Part shown: in pieces, positions 24,652 to 25,021 of the stretch
Numbering within the stretch: the first letter of the stretch is position 1
How the letters are laid out: every line of letters starts with the position of its first letter
From: Candidatus Woesearchaeota archaeon
Lineage (GTDB): Archaea; Nanobdellota; Nanobdellia; Woesearchaeales; SKGA01
DNA length: 25,021 nucleotides
NCBI GenBank assembly: GCA_016926395.1
Contig: JAFGOT010000009.1
Span: 1 to 25,021, forward strand
Reading direction: 5' to 3'
The notes under the pieces: generated by a model
What the model saw: only the letters and a program-made list of their open reading frames with translations
Database searches by the model: none
Told to the model about the DNA's origin: nothing
Made by a program: the position numbers and the translations under genes

Positions 24652-24812
24652 TTCCAAAAGAAATAAGGGGTATAAAAACATATTGCGTGTGGAAATAGTG
24701 GTTTTAAAAAATACATATTTGAATAAATAAATAAGAAAACATATAATATAATGATTGTTTCTTAAAATATATTTTAAAATAATATATTGCTACACCTTTA
24801 TTTCGTGTGGAA
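24652..24812. other. Putative replication origin oriC: inverted ORB boxes around an AT-rich unwinding element
   Basis: + TTCCAAAAGAAATAAGGGG (24652-24670) and - TTCCACACGAAATAAAGGTG (24812-24793) fit the ORB pattern TTCCAnnnGAAA(n3-4)GGGG. Mini-ORB - TTCCACACGCAA (24694-24683). AT-rich 24702-24790. Adjacent to cdc6. Confidence 0.8.
24671..24678 (-). promoter_or_regulatory. Probable TATA box of the cdc6-polB operon
   Basis: - strand TTTTTATA between two ORB-like boxes, about 60 nt upstream of the cdc6 ATG. Confidence 0.55.
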
Positions 24813-25021
24813 AGTCAAATTTATGAGAAAGAAGGGTTGTTTCGCTAAAATTAACTAAAAAATGTTAAAAAAAGAACAACAAAATAGTAAGAAAAAATAA
24901 CAAACAAAAACAAATAGTAAAATTAAACAAAAAAATAAAGATAAAAAAACAAAATATAATGATCTTAATTAAAATTAAAAAGATTCTTGTTTATATATAA
25001 ATAAATAATATTTATAAATAT

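Overview
AT-rich archaeal chromosome segment, code 11. It is most likely DPANN (Woesearchaeota-like), inferred from the single-gene PriS-PriL fused primase and the r-protein signatures. Positions 1-11785 (- strand) hold the S10/spc ribosomal protein superoperon from uL3 to uL30, including aIF1/SUI1 and RNase P protein Rpp29, probably running into uL15 at the left edge. It is preceded by a ~150 nt multi-hairpin leader. Positions 12033-24616 form a replication island: fused primase with an inserted 8-Cys double zinc ribbon, Hef helicase-nuclease, PolD DP2, aIF2-beta, three uncharacterised genes, PolD DP1 and Orc1/Cdc6. Positions 24650-24815 carry inverted ORB-like boxes around an AT-rich spacer, a good oriC candidate, and a hand-counted strand-specific codon bias points the same way. 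The most interesting unexplained parts are the three genes between the PolD subunits: a site-2-protease-like membrane protein lacking its catalytic residues, a small internally duplicated membrane protein, and a protein with a transposase-like N-terminal beta-sheet. Also notable are apparent remodelling of exit-tunnel and PTC-proximal r-protein loops, and gains and losses of zinc sites. No rRNA, tRNA, CRISPR array, intein or intact mobile element was seen. Family assignments come from motif recognition only; no database search was run.
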